A stretch of 24,750 nt of DNA from a virus (taxonomy: Duplodnaviria > Heunggongvirae > Uroviricota > Caudoviricetes), in the IMG/VR virus record IMGVR_UViG_3300033069_002010. One strand, 5' to 3'. The notes beneath the pieces are model-generated. The model was not told the origin of the DNA. It ran no database searches and saw only the letters and a program-made list of their open reading frames with translations. The number at the start of each line of letters is the position of its first letter. Within the stretch, counting starts at the first letter, position 1. Shown piece by piece: positions 7,449 through 16,113 of this stretch. The position numbers and the translations under genes were made by a program.

Positions 7449-9072
7449 CCCAGCTAGTGAAAAATTATTGGTATCAGAGGCATCTAGAATAGAATACCAT
7501 CAGATGAAAATATGGCTGACCAGAAAAATAAAAGGATGGAGGTTTTTACCAGCGGTGAAAATGGGAATATGGAATGGAGATGTATCTCATTTCGACAACG
7601 GGAAGGTGAATTTGGGCCTTTGGAAGGAATGCTGGAAGGCATGCAAGGAGATAGGTGTTCCCTTCAACATGGAAAACAAGGAAGACTTTCCGCTCAACAG
7701 GGAGGTGACCTTGGAATCGGTGACCGAATTCTGCAGGGACTTCTTCAGGCAGTATAAGATAAGGGACAAAAAAACGGGACAGTGGATTCCCTTCATGCCC
7801 TATGATTATCAGATCGAGACCGCCTTCAAAATCCTCAAAAACCGGTATTGCATGGCCGAGGTGGCCACATCGGGAGGAAAATCCCTGGTCATTTCGATAG
7901 TCATGTTCTACACCCTTAAAAACATCAATCCCGACGCGAAGTTCCTGATAATAGTTCCTTCGATAACACTGGTGACCCAGTTCTACGAAAACATCCTCGA
8001 ATACAACTACGGAACCAACTATCTCGAAAAATACGGGGACAAGATCGAATTCAGGAACCATCTTATAGACTCGATACTCGAAGAGGATCCCGACTACAAT
8101 CCCTGCCACATCAAGATGGAGGAAATTATGTCAGACAAGCCAAGAAAATGGACAGGACCATCCCAACCCAACGTGTTTGTCGGATGCTACCAGTCCCTTG
8201 AGAAATATCCGAAGGAATTCTTCCAGCAGTTCCATACTGTGGCATGTGACGAGGCTCACGGGGCCAAGGCCACCACACTTACCTCCATCCTGAAAAGGAC
8301 ATTCGGACACGCCTATAACCGGTTTGGGGTTTCAGGAACCTTTCCCACCGACGAGACACTTGAAATACTTACAATTCAGTCGGTTTTGGGACCAAAGGTG
8401 ACACAGATCGAGGCATCGACCCTTGTCAAGTCCGGAACGATAACACCGATGGAGGTTAAGGCGGTGATACTGAACCACGCGTCGGCGGGGATGAACGAAC
8501 AGCTTCAGCACATCAAAAAAAGCGGAGGAGGAGCCAACGCATACAGACTTGAGAACGAATACATACAACAGTCCAAAAAAAGACTTGAATTCCTAAAGAA
8601 GCTCGTGTCCAAATGTCAGGAAAACACACTCCTTCTGTTCAACACACTGGAATTCGGAACCAAAATTTTCGAGGAGCTGAAATCCGAAATAACCGACAAG
8701 GACTTTTACTACATCGCTGGTGAGATAAACAACAAGAACCGTGAGATAATCAAAAAGGAGATGGAAAAGACCGACGGAAGGGTCAAGGTCCTTGTGGCCT
8801 CATATGGAACTCTGAGCACGGGAGTGTCAATCAATGCCATATTCAACGTGATATTCGCAGATTCGGCCGGAAAATCCGAACAGAAAGTCATACAGTCGAT
8901 CGGAAGGGCTCTCAGAAAACACGACAAGAAAAAAGTGGCCACGATTTTCGACCTGGTCGACGTGTTTGACCCCAAGGAAATGAACAACATACTATACCGA
9001 CACTTTCAGGAAAGGGAAAAATTCTACAAGAACAGGAACTATCCCTATAAGGTTATAAAAATCAATCTATAG
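7432..9072 (+). CDS. uvsW: SF2 DNA/RNA helicase, T4 UvsW-like
   Basis: 546 aa. PYDYQ Q-motif, Walker A EVATSGGKS, IIVPSITLVTQ, DEAH, motif III GVSGT, motif V STGVSI, motif VI QSIGRALR; T4-like end YKVIKINL. Confidence 0.9.
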   Translation: MKFKYDPASEKLLVSEASRIEYHQMKIWLTRKIKGWRFLPAVKMGIWNGDVSHFDNGKVNLGLWKECWKACKEIGVPFNMENKEDFPLNREVTLESVTEFCRDFFRQYKIRDKKTGQWIPFMPYDYQIETAFKILKNRYCMAEVATSGGKSLVISIVMFYTLKNINPDAKFLIIVPSITLVTQFYENILEYNYGTNYLEKYGDKIEFRNHLIDSILEEDPDYNPCHIKMEEIMSDKPRKWTGPSQPNVFVGCYQSLEKYPKEFFQQFHTVACDEAHGAKATTLTSILKRTFGHAYNRFGVSGTFPTDETLEILTIQSVLGPKVTQIEASTLVKSGTITPMEVKAVILNHASAGMNEQLQHIKKSGGGANAYRLENEYIQQSKKRLEFLKKLVSKCQENTLLLFNTLEFGTKIFEELKSEITDKDFYYIAGEINNKNREIIKKEMEKTDGRVKVLVASYGTLSTGVSINAIFNVIFADSAGKSEQKVIQSIGRALRKHDKKKVATIFDLVDVFDPKEMNNILYRHFQEREKFYKNRNYPYKVIKINL

Positions 9073-10653
9073 GTCCCTCTCCAACATCAAGGTGTAGTGG
9101 AACTTGTTTCCATATCTTTTCTGGTGTTCCCTGCAGATTCTAAAAAAACTGTTCAATTCCGCTTCCGAGGAAAACACTTGACATCCTTCACTCCAATTAT
9201 TCACGGAACTTCCACCCGGGTATCCACGATGTATCAGCATTCCGACCCAAGCGGTGCCGCTTCCGGTGTATTTGATTATGTCACCCGGAGAATTGTCCCT
9301 GTAGAATTTCTGGGGACCGGTTGTCTTCATCGCAGGCTCCCCACAGTGTTCCCCGATCGTATAGATATTGAGGTATTGGGCTTCCATCAGGATGCCCATC
9401 CCGTTGTTCGGAGGGGTTCCTCTTCCCAACATGATGCTGGACTGCTTGACATTCGGGCTTTTTCCCGTGGGATCGCGTCTGAGTTTGCCATCCACAACCT
9501 GAGCCGAATAGAATCCAGGCATTGTGGTAATCTTATATTTCGAGGATCTCCAAGAACCCGCGTTGTCCCTGTATATCACATACAAATCGTCCTTGAAGGC
9601 GTTGGAGTACTTCATCCCCTCGTATTGTCTTCTTATTCCGACAATATTCACCTCAAACGGTTTTGTATTGATTACATATCCTTTCCTTTTCATGAGATCC
9701 AATATCTTGTTGACGTCGATATTTGTAGATGGTGTTACGTCAGGAGGGGGAACATTTCCCTCAAGCGGATTTAAAACGTTTCCGGACTCGTCGACATACG
9801 GGGTAAGCTGCCCGTCTGGCGTATCCGAAGAATTCCCGTCCTTGGACTGGAAATCGACACTTTCCGAAGTGATGGTCTGATTAGGACCGACCGTGGATTT
9901 CCAACTGTCTCCCAATTGTCCGTCGGCGGGTCTTTCCTGTTTCTGCACGAATTCGTTGTCGACCAGATTGACATGGTGAGATAGGAATTTCACATCCCTC
10001 AAAGCCTTATACCTGTTCAAAAGTTCAAGAAGAGCTGGACTCACCTGAACGGGAGCCCCCGCATTTCCTATGAAGGGACTTAGGGAATAACGATCCTGTC
10101 CGCTTGCCGGACCAAGAAGGTTATCGACAAACTCGTCAAACCAATCCATGAAGTGATCCCCGAGTATAGCCTTTTGGTTTGCTGTAGGAGTCCCTATGTT
10201 GACGTGGCTGAAGTTGTCCTTCAGGTTCAGATTTATGTCGTTTTTGGTTATGTTTATGTTATTGAGCTTGTAATCGATTTTAAGACCCTCACCGTCATTG
10301 GAATAGATTTGAGTCTTGTGGTCGAACATAAGGGCTCTCATTGAGGTGTAATCCTTTCCTGACAGTTCCGAAAGCTTTCTCTCCAAATTGATGTTGTAAT
10401 GCTCGGCGAATATGTATTCGGGCTTGTAAGGGTTTCCCTCGTCAAAAACCACCGAAACCACCTTGCCGACTTCGGGAAGGATAAACTGGTTCCCGTTCAG
10501 ATCCTTCCATGGGGTCGCCCAAGGCAGATCCTCTTTTGGGATGCTGTCAAATATGTTCAGGACCCTTACTCGACATCTTCCAAGCTTTTTCGGATCCTCG
10601 TTGTCCTCAACCGTCCCTATGAATATTTTCGATTTCAGTTCTTCTCTTGTCAT
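9067..10653 (-). CDS. gp5: Baseplate central spike protein (gp5-like OB fold) fused to a YkuD/L,D-transpeptidase-like domain
   Basis: 528 aa. N-terminal IGTVEDNEDPKKLGRCRVRV...LPWA...PEVGKVVSVVFDEGNPYKPEY is the gp5/VgrG OB signature. C-terminal NIVGIR...TTMPG...IH475...S-E-G-C491 has the 16-residue His-Cys spacing of YkuD enzymes. Confidence 0.8.
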   Translation of the reverse strand: MTREELKSKIFIGTVEDNEDPKKLGRCRVRVLNIFDSIPKEDLPWATPWKDLNGNQFILPEVGKVVSVVFDEGNPYKPEYIFAEHYNINLERKLSELSGKDYTSMRALMFDHKTQIYSNDGEGLKIDYKLNNINITKNDINLNLKDNFSHVNIGTPTANQKAILGDHFMDWFDEFVDNLLGPASGQDRYSLSPFIGNAGAPVQVSPALLELLNRYKALRDVKFLSHHVNLVDNEFVQKQERPADGQLGDSWKSTVGPNQTITSESVDFQSKDGNSSDTPDGQLTPYVDESGNVLNPLEGNVPPPDVTPSTNIDVNKILDLMKRKGYVINTKPFEVNIVGIRRQYEGMKYSNAFKDDLYVIYRDNAGSWRSSKYKITTMPGFYSAQVVDGKLRRDPTGKSPNVKQSSIMLGRGTPPNNGMGILMEAQYLNIYTIGEHCGEPAMKTTGPQKFYRDNSPGDIIKYTGSGTAWVGMLIHRGYPGGSSVNNWSEGCQVFSSEAELNSFFRICREHQKRYGNKFHYTLMLERDL

Positions 10654-10655
10654 AA

Positions 10656-12602
10656 TCAGAATCTCAATTGTCCGGTGTTTTTGTTTATTATATCCTCAAG
10701 AGACTTGGCACCTGGAATCGGCTGCTGCTTGATCCGATCAACCCTGCTCGTCACGCTGTTGGTCGTCAACCTGTCGAGTGAAGGAACCCTGACCGGAGTC
10801 GAATTTCTTATGTTCTGAAGGGTCTTGTCAAGAAGCAGCGCCTGCGCCGAAACCTGTCCCGAAACCTGACTGTTTACTATGGCCCCGTTAACCTTGGCCT
10901 GTATCTGATCGAAGCCGACACTGACTCCTATAGCGCCTCGGATGTTGTCAAACACCGATGTCGACTGTCCCGTGGTGGTCGGATTGCTGAGCTTGTTTTG
11001 GTTTTTCAGGCCGTCTATTCCCTCATTGGTTCCGGTAAAACCTCCGTTGTTTCCAGGCTGCTGATATGTCCCGTAGCTTTGTGAATTTACTGTCGGTGTC
11101 AGGTTTGATATCGTGTTGTATCTTGTAACCAAGCTGTTGTTGGTGCCGTTTGAAGGAATCCGATCGAGATTCTTCTGGGAATTGTCCACTATGGTGACAT
11201 CCTCATCGGGATTCGTGTACTTTTCGAACCTGAGGGTGGAATACTTGTAGTTGATTTTCACATCAAGATTATCCACCGATTTAGGAGCGGACAGATCGAG
11301 AGCATCCCCGTGAGGCATCTTGTCGAAAAAGAACTGGCATTCATATGCGGTATAGACATATCTGGAAATTATGTCTGGATAGATATCCAAACTCCTATCT
11401 GGATTGGACATGACCCGATTGAATTTTCTCATTTCGGTAATGGTGATGTCCATGTCGAAGCGGAGAAGGTTTTCGGGTATTATCTGCTTTCCGTTTATTC
11501 TCGACCATGAAAGCGACTTGTATAGGGATGAAAGATACCCTATGTTCTGTGAGACATCCTCGTAAAAACCAAGAGTAAGAAAATCAGATCCGTAATTAAC
11601 AAACGATTTTGACTTCTCACTTGTGTTCTGCTCATTGAGATTATCGAGACCCGAGAGATTTTTAAGATAATATGTCTTGACTCCCGAATTGGCCATCAGC
11701 TCGTTGGTATCCGAGTTTACAAGGAAATTCGGGGATTCCGAATTCTGGGGCGAATCCGATTTGAGAAACCTGTAAAGTTGATTTCGGAACTTGTCCAAAA
11801 TTCCCGCTCTGGATCCGACCTCCGTATTGCCGAGTCCGCTCATAAGACTTATGAAACCGTCTATCTCCCCGTTGAAAATCGGGGACGGTGCGTATTTTAG
11901 GGTTATGTCGTAAACCAGATATGTCGGATCCTCATTATCATCGGTGGTCCTGACGAAGGTCCCCATGTAAATGTCCTTCAGACTTTCAGGGTTCTTGATT
12001 TCACTCAGGTTTGGAAGCCTGTCATAAACAGGATTTCCCAACTCGTCAATATAATAGTCGAGAAGATGTGTGAACATTTTGGATGAAAGATCCTTGAATG
12101 ACTCATATGTCCTGTATCGGAACTTCTTTCTGTCGTATTGGGAATCGTCCTTGCCTGAGGTGACATCTATCTGTCTCTCAACTCCATAGGGCTGGGTGGA
12201 TGTCAGGGTCAGATTGTTGAAATCAACCAATCCCCTCCCGTTGGTAACCGAAAGCTTTCCCTGGGAATTTATCAGGGCACCGTTCCTTATCATACTATAT
12301 CCGTATTCCACCGGATAACCGCTCGGACCGACACTGGTCGGATTTCTGTAATAGTCCACCGGTGGTGTGAATCCCTTTGGATAGTTTTTACCATCACCGT
12401 CCTTGGAATTGGAGCTTCCTGCCTGATTTCCCCTCGGCTTCAAAATTGAATTCAAATTCAAATTCATGTTCGCCGTGACTTTTGTGAAAACAGACTTGAA
12501 GCTTCCGCTTACCTGCGAAAGGTTTAAATTGAGATTGCCGCCGGAATCAAGAGTTACCAAACCCTGCAAACCTTTGGGCATTTGTGAGAAAGGTCCGAAC
12601 AT
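10656..12602 (-). CDS. Putative virion structural protein (baseplate/tail-tube junction-like)
   Basis: 648 aa, beta-rich and S/N/T-rich; located between the hub and spike genes; has its own TAATATATA. The specific family is not recognised with certainty. Confidence 0.55.
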   Translation of the reverse strand: MFGPFSQMPKGLQGLVTLDSGGNLNLNLSQVSGSFKSVFTKVTANMNLNLNSILKPRGNQAGSSNSKDGDGKNYPKGFTPPVDYYRNPTSVGPSGYPVEYGYSMIRNGALINSQGKLSVTNGRGLVDFNNLTLTSTQPYGVERQIDVTSGKDDSQYDRKKFRYRTYESFKDLSSKMFTHLLDYYIDELGNPVYDRLPNLSEIKNPESLKDIYMGTFVRTTDDNEDPTYLVYDITLKYAPSPIFNGEIDGFISLMSGLGNTEVGSRAGILDKFRNQLYRFLKSDSPQNSESPNFLVNSDTNELMANSGVKTYYLKNLSGLDNLNEQNTSEKSKSFVNYGSDFLTLGFYEDVSQNIGYLSSLYKSLSWSRINGKQIIPENLLRFDMDITITEMRKFNRVMSNPDRSLDIYPDIISRYVYTAYECQFFFDKMPHGDALDLSAPKSVDNLDVKINYKYSTLRFEKYTNPDEDVTIVDNSQKNLDRIPSNGTNNSLVTRYNTISNLTPTVNSQSYGTYQQPGNNGGFTGTNEGIDGLKNQNKLSNPTTTGQSTSVFDNIRGAIGVSVGFDQIQAKVNGAIVNSQVSGQVSAQALLLDKTLQNIRNSTPVRVPSLDRLTTNSVTSRVDRIKQQPIPGAKSLEDIINKNTGQLRF

Positions 12603-12622
12603 CGATTAAGATCAGTTTATTG

Positions 12623-12631
12623 TATATATTA
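12623..12631 (-). promoter_or_regulatory. Putative late-type promoter TAATATATA
   Basis: 20 nt upstream of ATG 12602 in a 41-nt intergenic gap. Confidence 0.6.
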
Positions 12632-12643
12632 ATAAATTGGTTC

Positions 12644-15643
12644 TTATATCAGATAAGATTTGCTTTCCGACTTTCTTTTCCTAAGACCGTCGACATACTG
12701 TATCTGGTTGAAATTTCTTGCCCACAGGGGCTTAAGTTCGAACAGTCTCACCGATCTCGGATCAAGATTCCCTCCCCAATAAAGACCAACCGAAATGCCG
12801 ATTCTGCCTACCTGGTCATAAAGCGGGGAGGCGGTCTGGAGAATCCCATCCACATAAACCCCAACATCGAAGGACATTCCGAAATTGTAGACGGAATATC
12901 CGGCCTGTTCCGTAGTTTTTCCCTCGGAATAGAGAAGGATCTGTTCATCATAGGTAACAAGTCCCTTGGTGACTTTTACGGTTATACCAGAAGCGGCGGA
13001 TTTACTCACCAACTGTCTCGCCAACGACTGAACCTCAGGTATAAGATTGGATATGAACTGTTCGCTTTGATTGTCGGCAGGCGGGGTGTTGTCAACGGCG
13101 AAATTCACCGGGACGGTGGTAACCCCTGAATCGGCAGGAGGACTCGGATCAGGATTTTCAGTGATAGTATCGTTGGATGTCTGTTGTCCCGGTTCGGATT
13201 TTGGAGTCTGTTCGGCCTCCTGCTGAAATTCCTCGGGAGACAGTTCGAGTTCCCTTTTGATCAGTCGAATCACTTGGGTGAATTTCCTGCCGTCAAAAAC
13301 AAACTTGATGTCGATCACAAGCCATTCTCCCGTGAGTCGGTTGTTGATGTGCGGAGCAGATGGTGTGGAAGCCTGATTTGATATGAACACGAATATCTTC
13401 TGAAACTTGTAGATATTGTAATTGGGATTACCCATCTCAACCTCTATACATACCTTCTGAAGTTCCGAAATGTTTCGGTTGTTCTGAATAGACGAATATT
13501 GGTAGTTCGAATGCATATTGTCGGTATCCATCTTACCGGCATAGATTATCTGGGTATTCTCGTTGAAAAAAGATTCGTCCTGTGGAGCTCCCTTCAGAAT
13601 TATGCTCTTGTCACCCTTGCTGGTTATCGAGTCGATGTCGAATATCAGAAAATCCTTTGACAGCTCGTCGTAGAATTTGACCTTGCTCAAGTATCCCTCC
13701 TGGATCGATATTTTCGTCGAATTGTTGATTACCCTGTAGTTGGAGAAGTAGATGTTGGAGTTATTCATCGAAAAATCGTTTGTCAAATAGAGTTTCGAAA
13801 CCTTTTCCTTATCGTCTATCTTTGATATCTCCTCAACTCCCGTATTAGCCACTCCCAATTCCTCCTTGATGTTCCTACCCAATTCCTTTTCGATATCCAC
13901 GAAATTGATATTGTAATAATAGTCGATGTAATAAAGCAAAAAAGTCTGGTCGGACAAATATGACGAGTCTATCACAGTGTTCATGAAATCCAAATTCCTC
14001 TGTCCCGTATTTATCCACGTCATCGAATCATTGGTGTCATCAACGTTGGTGTTTAGACCCATTCCGACTTCCTTACAGAAATCCTCAAACACCTTAAAGC
14101 TGGTCATGTTCGGATATGACTTGAATCTCTTGGTGTAAAGCTGGTTGACGTCTATGATCCCATCCAAAGAAAGATTAGGCCCATCGAATGAAAACTTTAC
14201 TATCTTGAATTGGAGAAGGATCGGCTTAAGCTGATCGGATCTCGGATTCAGAAATACCTCAATCTTAGAATCGTCAAGCGGAAAAGACTTGTCCCTCATA
14301 AGGTTGAGGGTATCCCTGAAAACAAGTTTGAGGGTTGGGAGATTGTTGCTTATGTAAAGTTGGAAAAACTGTATGTCATTAACCTCAATCTGATATGCGT
14401 TGTACCATACGAACGGAAAATTTCCCAGACTCTGGGCGATTTCGGCCTGGACATCCTTCTGTGGAGGGATGTTCATTCTAATCGGATCGGCCTTTATCTT
14501 GGCCGGAATAACATTGGTAAGGGTGGTTATCTTTCCCTGCGTGTTCTTGTTGTTGCCTCCCTTATCCTGTGTCGGATCCTCTCCGGTGCGCTGGGAACGG
14601 CTCTCATCCTGTGTCGAATCGTCCGGATACGAGTTGGATGTCGGATTTGCCGATACTACCTCACCCACATCGTTTGACTCTATCAGCGATAGTTGCTGCA
14701 TCACCCTGGCGTAGAACTGATCGGCGTATTTCTGACCACCGGAAATCCGACGACCCATGTTTATTATGTCCTTTCTCAGATTGGCGTCTGATTGGTTGGA
14801 ATCTATCAAACTGTATCTTCCGTTTTTGGACGAATGTATCCAAACAGCATAGTTGGCGATTATAAAATCGGTATTCCTGAAAAGATCATCCCATTGCTGA
14901 TTTGTGGAAATCGTACATATCGCATCCACGTCGGATCCGTAGGCGGCCCAAGCCGATTTCACGGATGCGATGGTCGGATTGTTTCCCGAATAGCCCAATA
15001 TGTATCGGACAATATCCTTATATCCTTCCCTTGATGTGGTCTGTATGAATCCCCTTCCTCGAAACTTGACGAAATCCGCCTCATATATGAACGTGTTGGT
15101 CCTACCGAGCCTGTCGATTTCCGAATCGACGTTTCCCGAAAAACCGGTTGGAAATGTCGTACCCTTCCACACATTATTGGTCGTGTCCTTCAAAACGCTT
15201 CCAAAAGGTTTTGTGATATGTGCATTCTTGAACTTGGAATCACGGAAAAGGTCATAGGCCGATTTGTTGGCGACACCGTCGGACGGATCGTTGTAGGATC
15301 TTTTCACTCCTGGTATCTTGTCGAATGCGTATGATATACCCGGATGTCCCTTCGATCCCATCCCCTCCGAAACGGGAGAAAAAGATCCGCCTGTCTCGTT
15401 TATGATGATAGAATTCAGGCAAAGGAATTCAATCAGGTTGAAAGTGTCCTTGTTAAGAAGCAATTTGGCCCTGCTCCAAACACTATACCAGTTTGAAGGA
15501 CTCTCAATTCTTTTTCCTCCCCAATTTTCCCTGCCGGCGATTTTCCGGTTGAACCAATCGGGGAAATCCTTGGCTCCGAATTTCTTGAAAAATTCGTTTA
15601 TCTCATTCGAGTTGCTGAATGTGTTGTTTCTGTAGTTTGGCAT
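12644..15643 (-). CDS. Baseplate hub-like (gp27-type) protein with N-terminal GH19 lysozyme-like domain and C-terminal degenerate M15 peptidase domain
   Basis: 999 aa. GH19: NE83TGG...SE93, KFRGRGFIQTT, GRRISGG. The central ~400 aa ends RLTGEWLVIDIKF...IRLIKREL, a hub-like C-terminus (inferred from pattern and position after gp53). C-terminal LIPEV..LAR.L......GITVKVTKG...EQ..LY..G...S.YNFG.SFD...VG..G...GL.WGG resembles CwlK/Ply500-type M15. Confidence 0.7.
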   Translation of the reverse strand: MPNYRNNTFSNSNEINEFFKKFGAKDFPDWFNRKIAGRENWGGKRIESPSNWYSVWSRAKLLLNKDTFNLIEFLCLNSIIINETGGSFSPVSEGMGSKGHPGISYAFDKIPGVKRSYNDPSDGVANKSAYDLFRDSKFKNAHITKPFGSVLKDTTNNVWKGTTFPTGFSGNVDSEIDRLGRTNTFIYEADFVKFRGRGFIQTTSREGYKDIVRYILGYSGNNPTIASVKSAWAAYGSDVDAICTISTNQQWDDLFRNTDFIIANYAVWIHSSKNGRYSLIDSNQSDANLRKDIINMGRRISGGQKYADQFYARVMQQLSLIESNDVGEVVSANPTSNSYPDDSTQDESRSQRTGEDPTQDKGGNNKNTQGKITTLTNVIPAKIKADPIRMNIPPQKDVQAEIAQSLGNFPFVWYNAYQIEVNDIQFFQLYISNNLPTLKLVFRDTLNLMRDKSFPLDDSKIEVFLNPRSDQLKPILLQFKIVKFSFDGPNLSLDGIIDVNQLYTKRFKSYPNMTSFKVFEDFCKEVGMGLNTNVDDTNDSMTWINTGQRNLDFMNTVIDSSYLSDQTFLLYYIDYYYNINFVDIEKELGRNIKEELGVANTGVEEISKIDDKEKVSKLYLTNDFSMNNSNIYFSNYRVINNSTKISIQEGYLSKVKFYDELSKDFLIFDIDSITSKGDKSIILKGAPQDESFFNENTQIIYAGKMDTDNMHSNYQYSSIQNNRNISELQKVCIEVEMGNPNYNIYKFQKIFVFISNQASTPSAPHINNRLTGEWLVIDIKFVFDGRKFTQVIRLIKRELELSPEEFQQEAEQTPKSEPGQQTSNDTITENPDPSPPADSGVTTVPVNFAVDNTPPADNQSEQFISNLIPEVQSLARQLVSKSAASGITVKVTKGLVTYDEQILLYSEGKTTEQAGYSVYNFGMSFDVGVYVDGILQTASPLYDQVGRIGISVGLYWGGNLDPRSVRLFELKPLWARNFNQIQYVDGLRKRKSESKSYLI

Positions 15644-16104
15644 TATCCTCCGATTACGATTTGGTTATCTACTATCTGAACGGCCGGCTGAGGGGATTCC
15701 TGATAGGTTGGCGGTATCGAGTTGTTTTCCTCGACATATTTTTTCCTACCATCATCCTTCCTGGTTGTCTTGTTGACATTAAGAAGAGCCTTTCTAGCCT
15801 CCTTGTTGTCGATGACCTTAACCCTGTAGTTTTCTATCGCCTCATAATCCACATATGATATACTGTCATTTTCCTTAATGTTGAGTGGATTGTCGATACT
15901 GTTCAGATCAAGAAGGAAATCACAGTTGTCCGTGTTTCCATATATGTCCTTACAGATGAGATCTATCCTCATCTCATGCTCCGGCGGGACCACGTAGGTT
16001 GACATCGGAAATCCGGCACTCATCTTGAACGTCGGATCGAAAAAATTGTAGAGTCCATTTTGATTATCATCAGTTTTCAGCTTGTCAAGGTCGTACACTT
16101 TCAT
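15643..16104 (-). CDS. gp53: Baseplate wedge subunit, gp53-like (LysM-like)
   Basis: 153 aa; YVV..EHEMRIDLICKDIYGNTD..D.LL.LN.IDNPLNIKEND pattern; stop overlaps the next start (TAATG). Confidence 0.75.
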   Translation of the reverse strand: MKVYDLDKLKTDDNQNGLYNFFDPTFKMSAGFPMSTYVVPPEHEMRIDLICKDIYGNTDNCDFLLDLNSIDNPLNIKENDSISYVDYEAIENYRVKVIDNKEARKALLNVNKTTRKDDGRKKYVEENNSIPPTYQESPQPAVQIVDNQIVIGG

Positions 16105-16113
16105 TTTTCTATC

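Larger units (their letters stand above)
6346..7590. mobile_element. AT-rich homing-endonuclease island upstream of and extending into uvsW
   Basis: Hand counts of 60-nt lines: 22-38% GC within 6781-7440 versus 47-58% at 7921 and 8221. Boundaries are approximate. Confidence 0.5.

Noticed and set aside
7990-8170. Insertion of roughly 35-40 aa in UvsW between helicase motifs, considered as an intein or intron
   Set aside because: Too short, no intein terminal motifs (C/S...HN), and the frame is uninterrupted.
9097-15635. Several 100-225 aa plus-strand ORFs opposite the baseplate genes (9097, 10399, 12584, 14210, 15318)
   Set aside because: Expected by-products of codon bias on the coding strand; sequences lack motifs.
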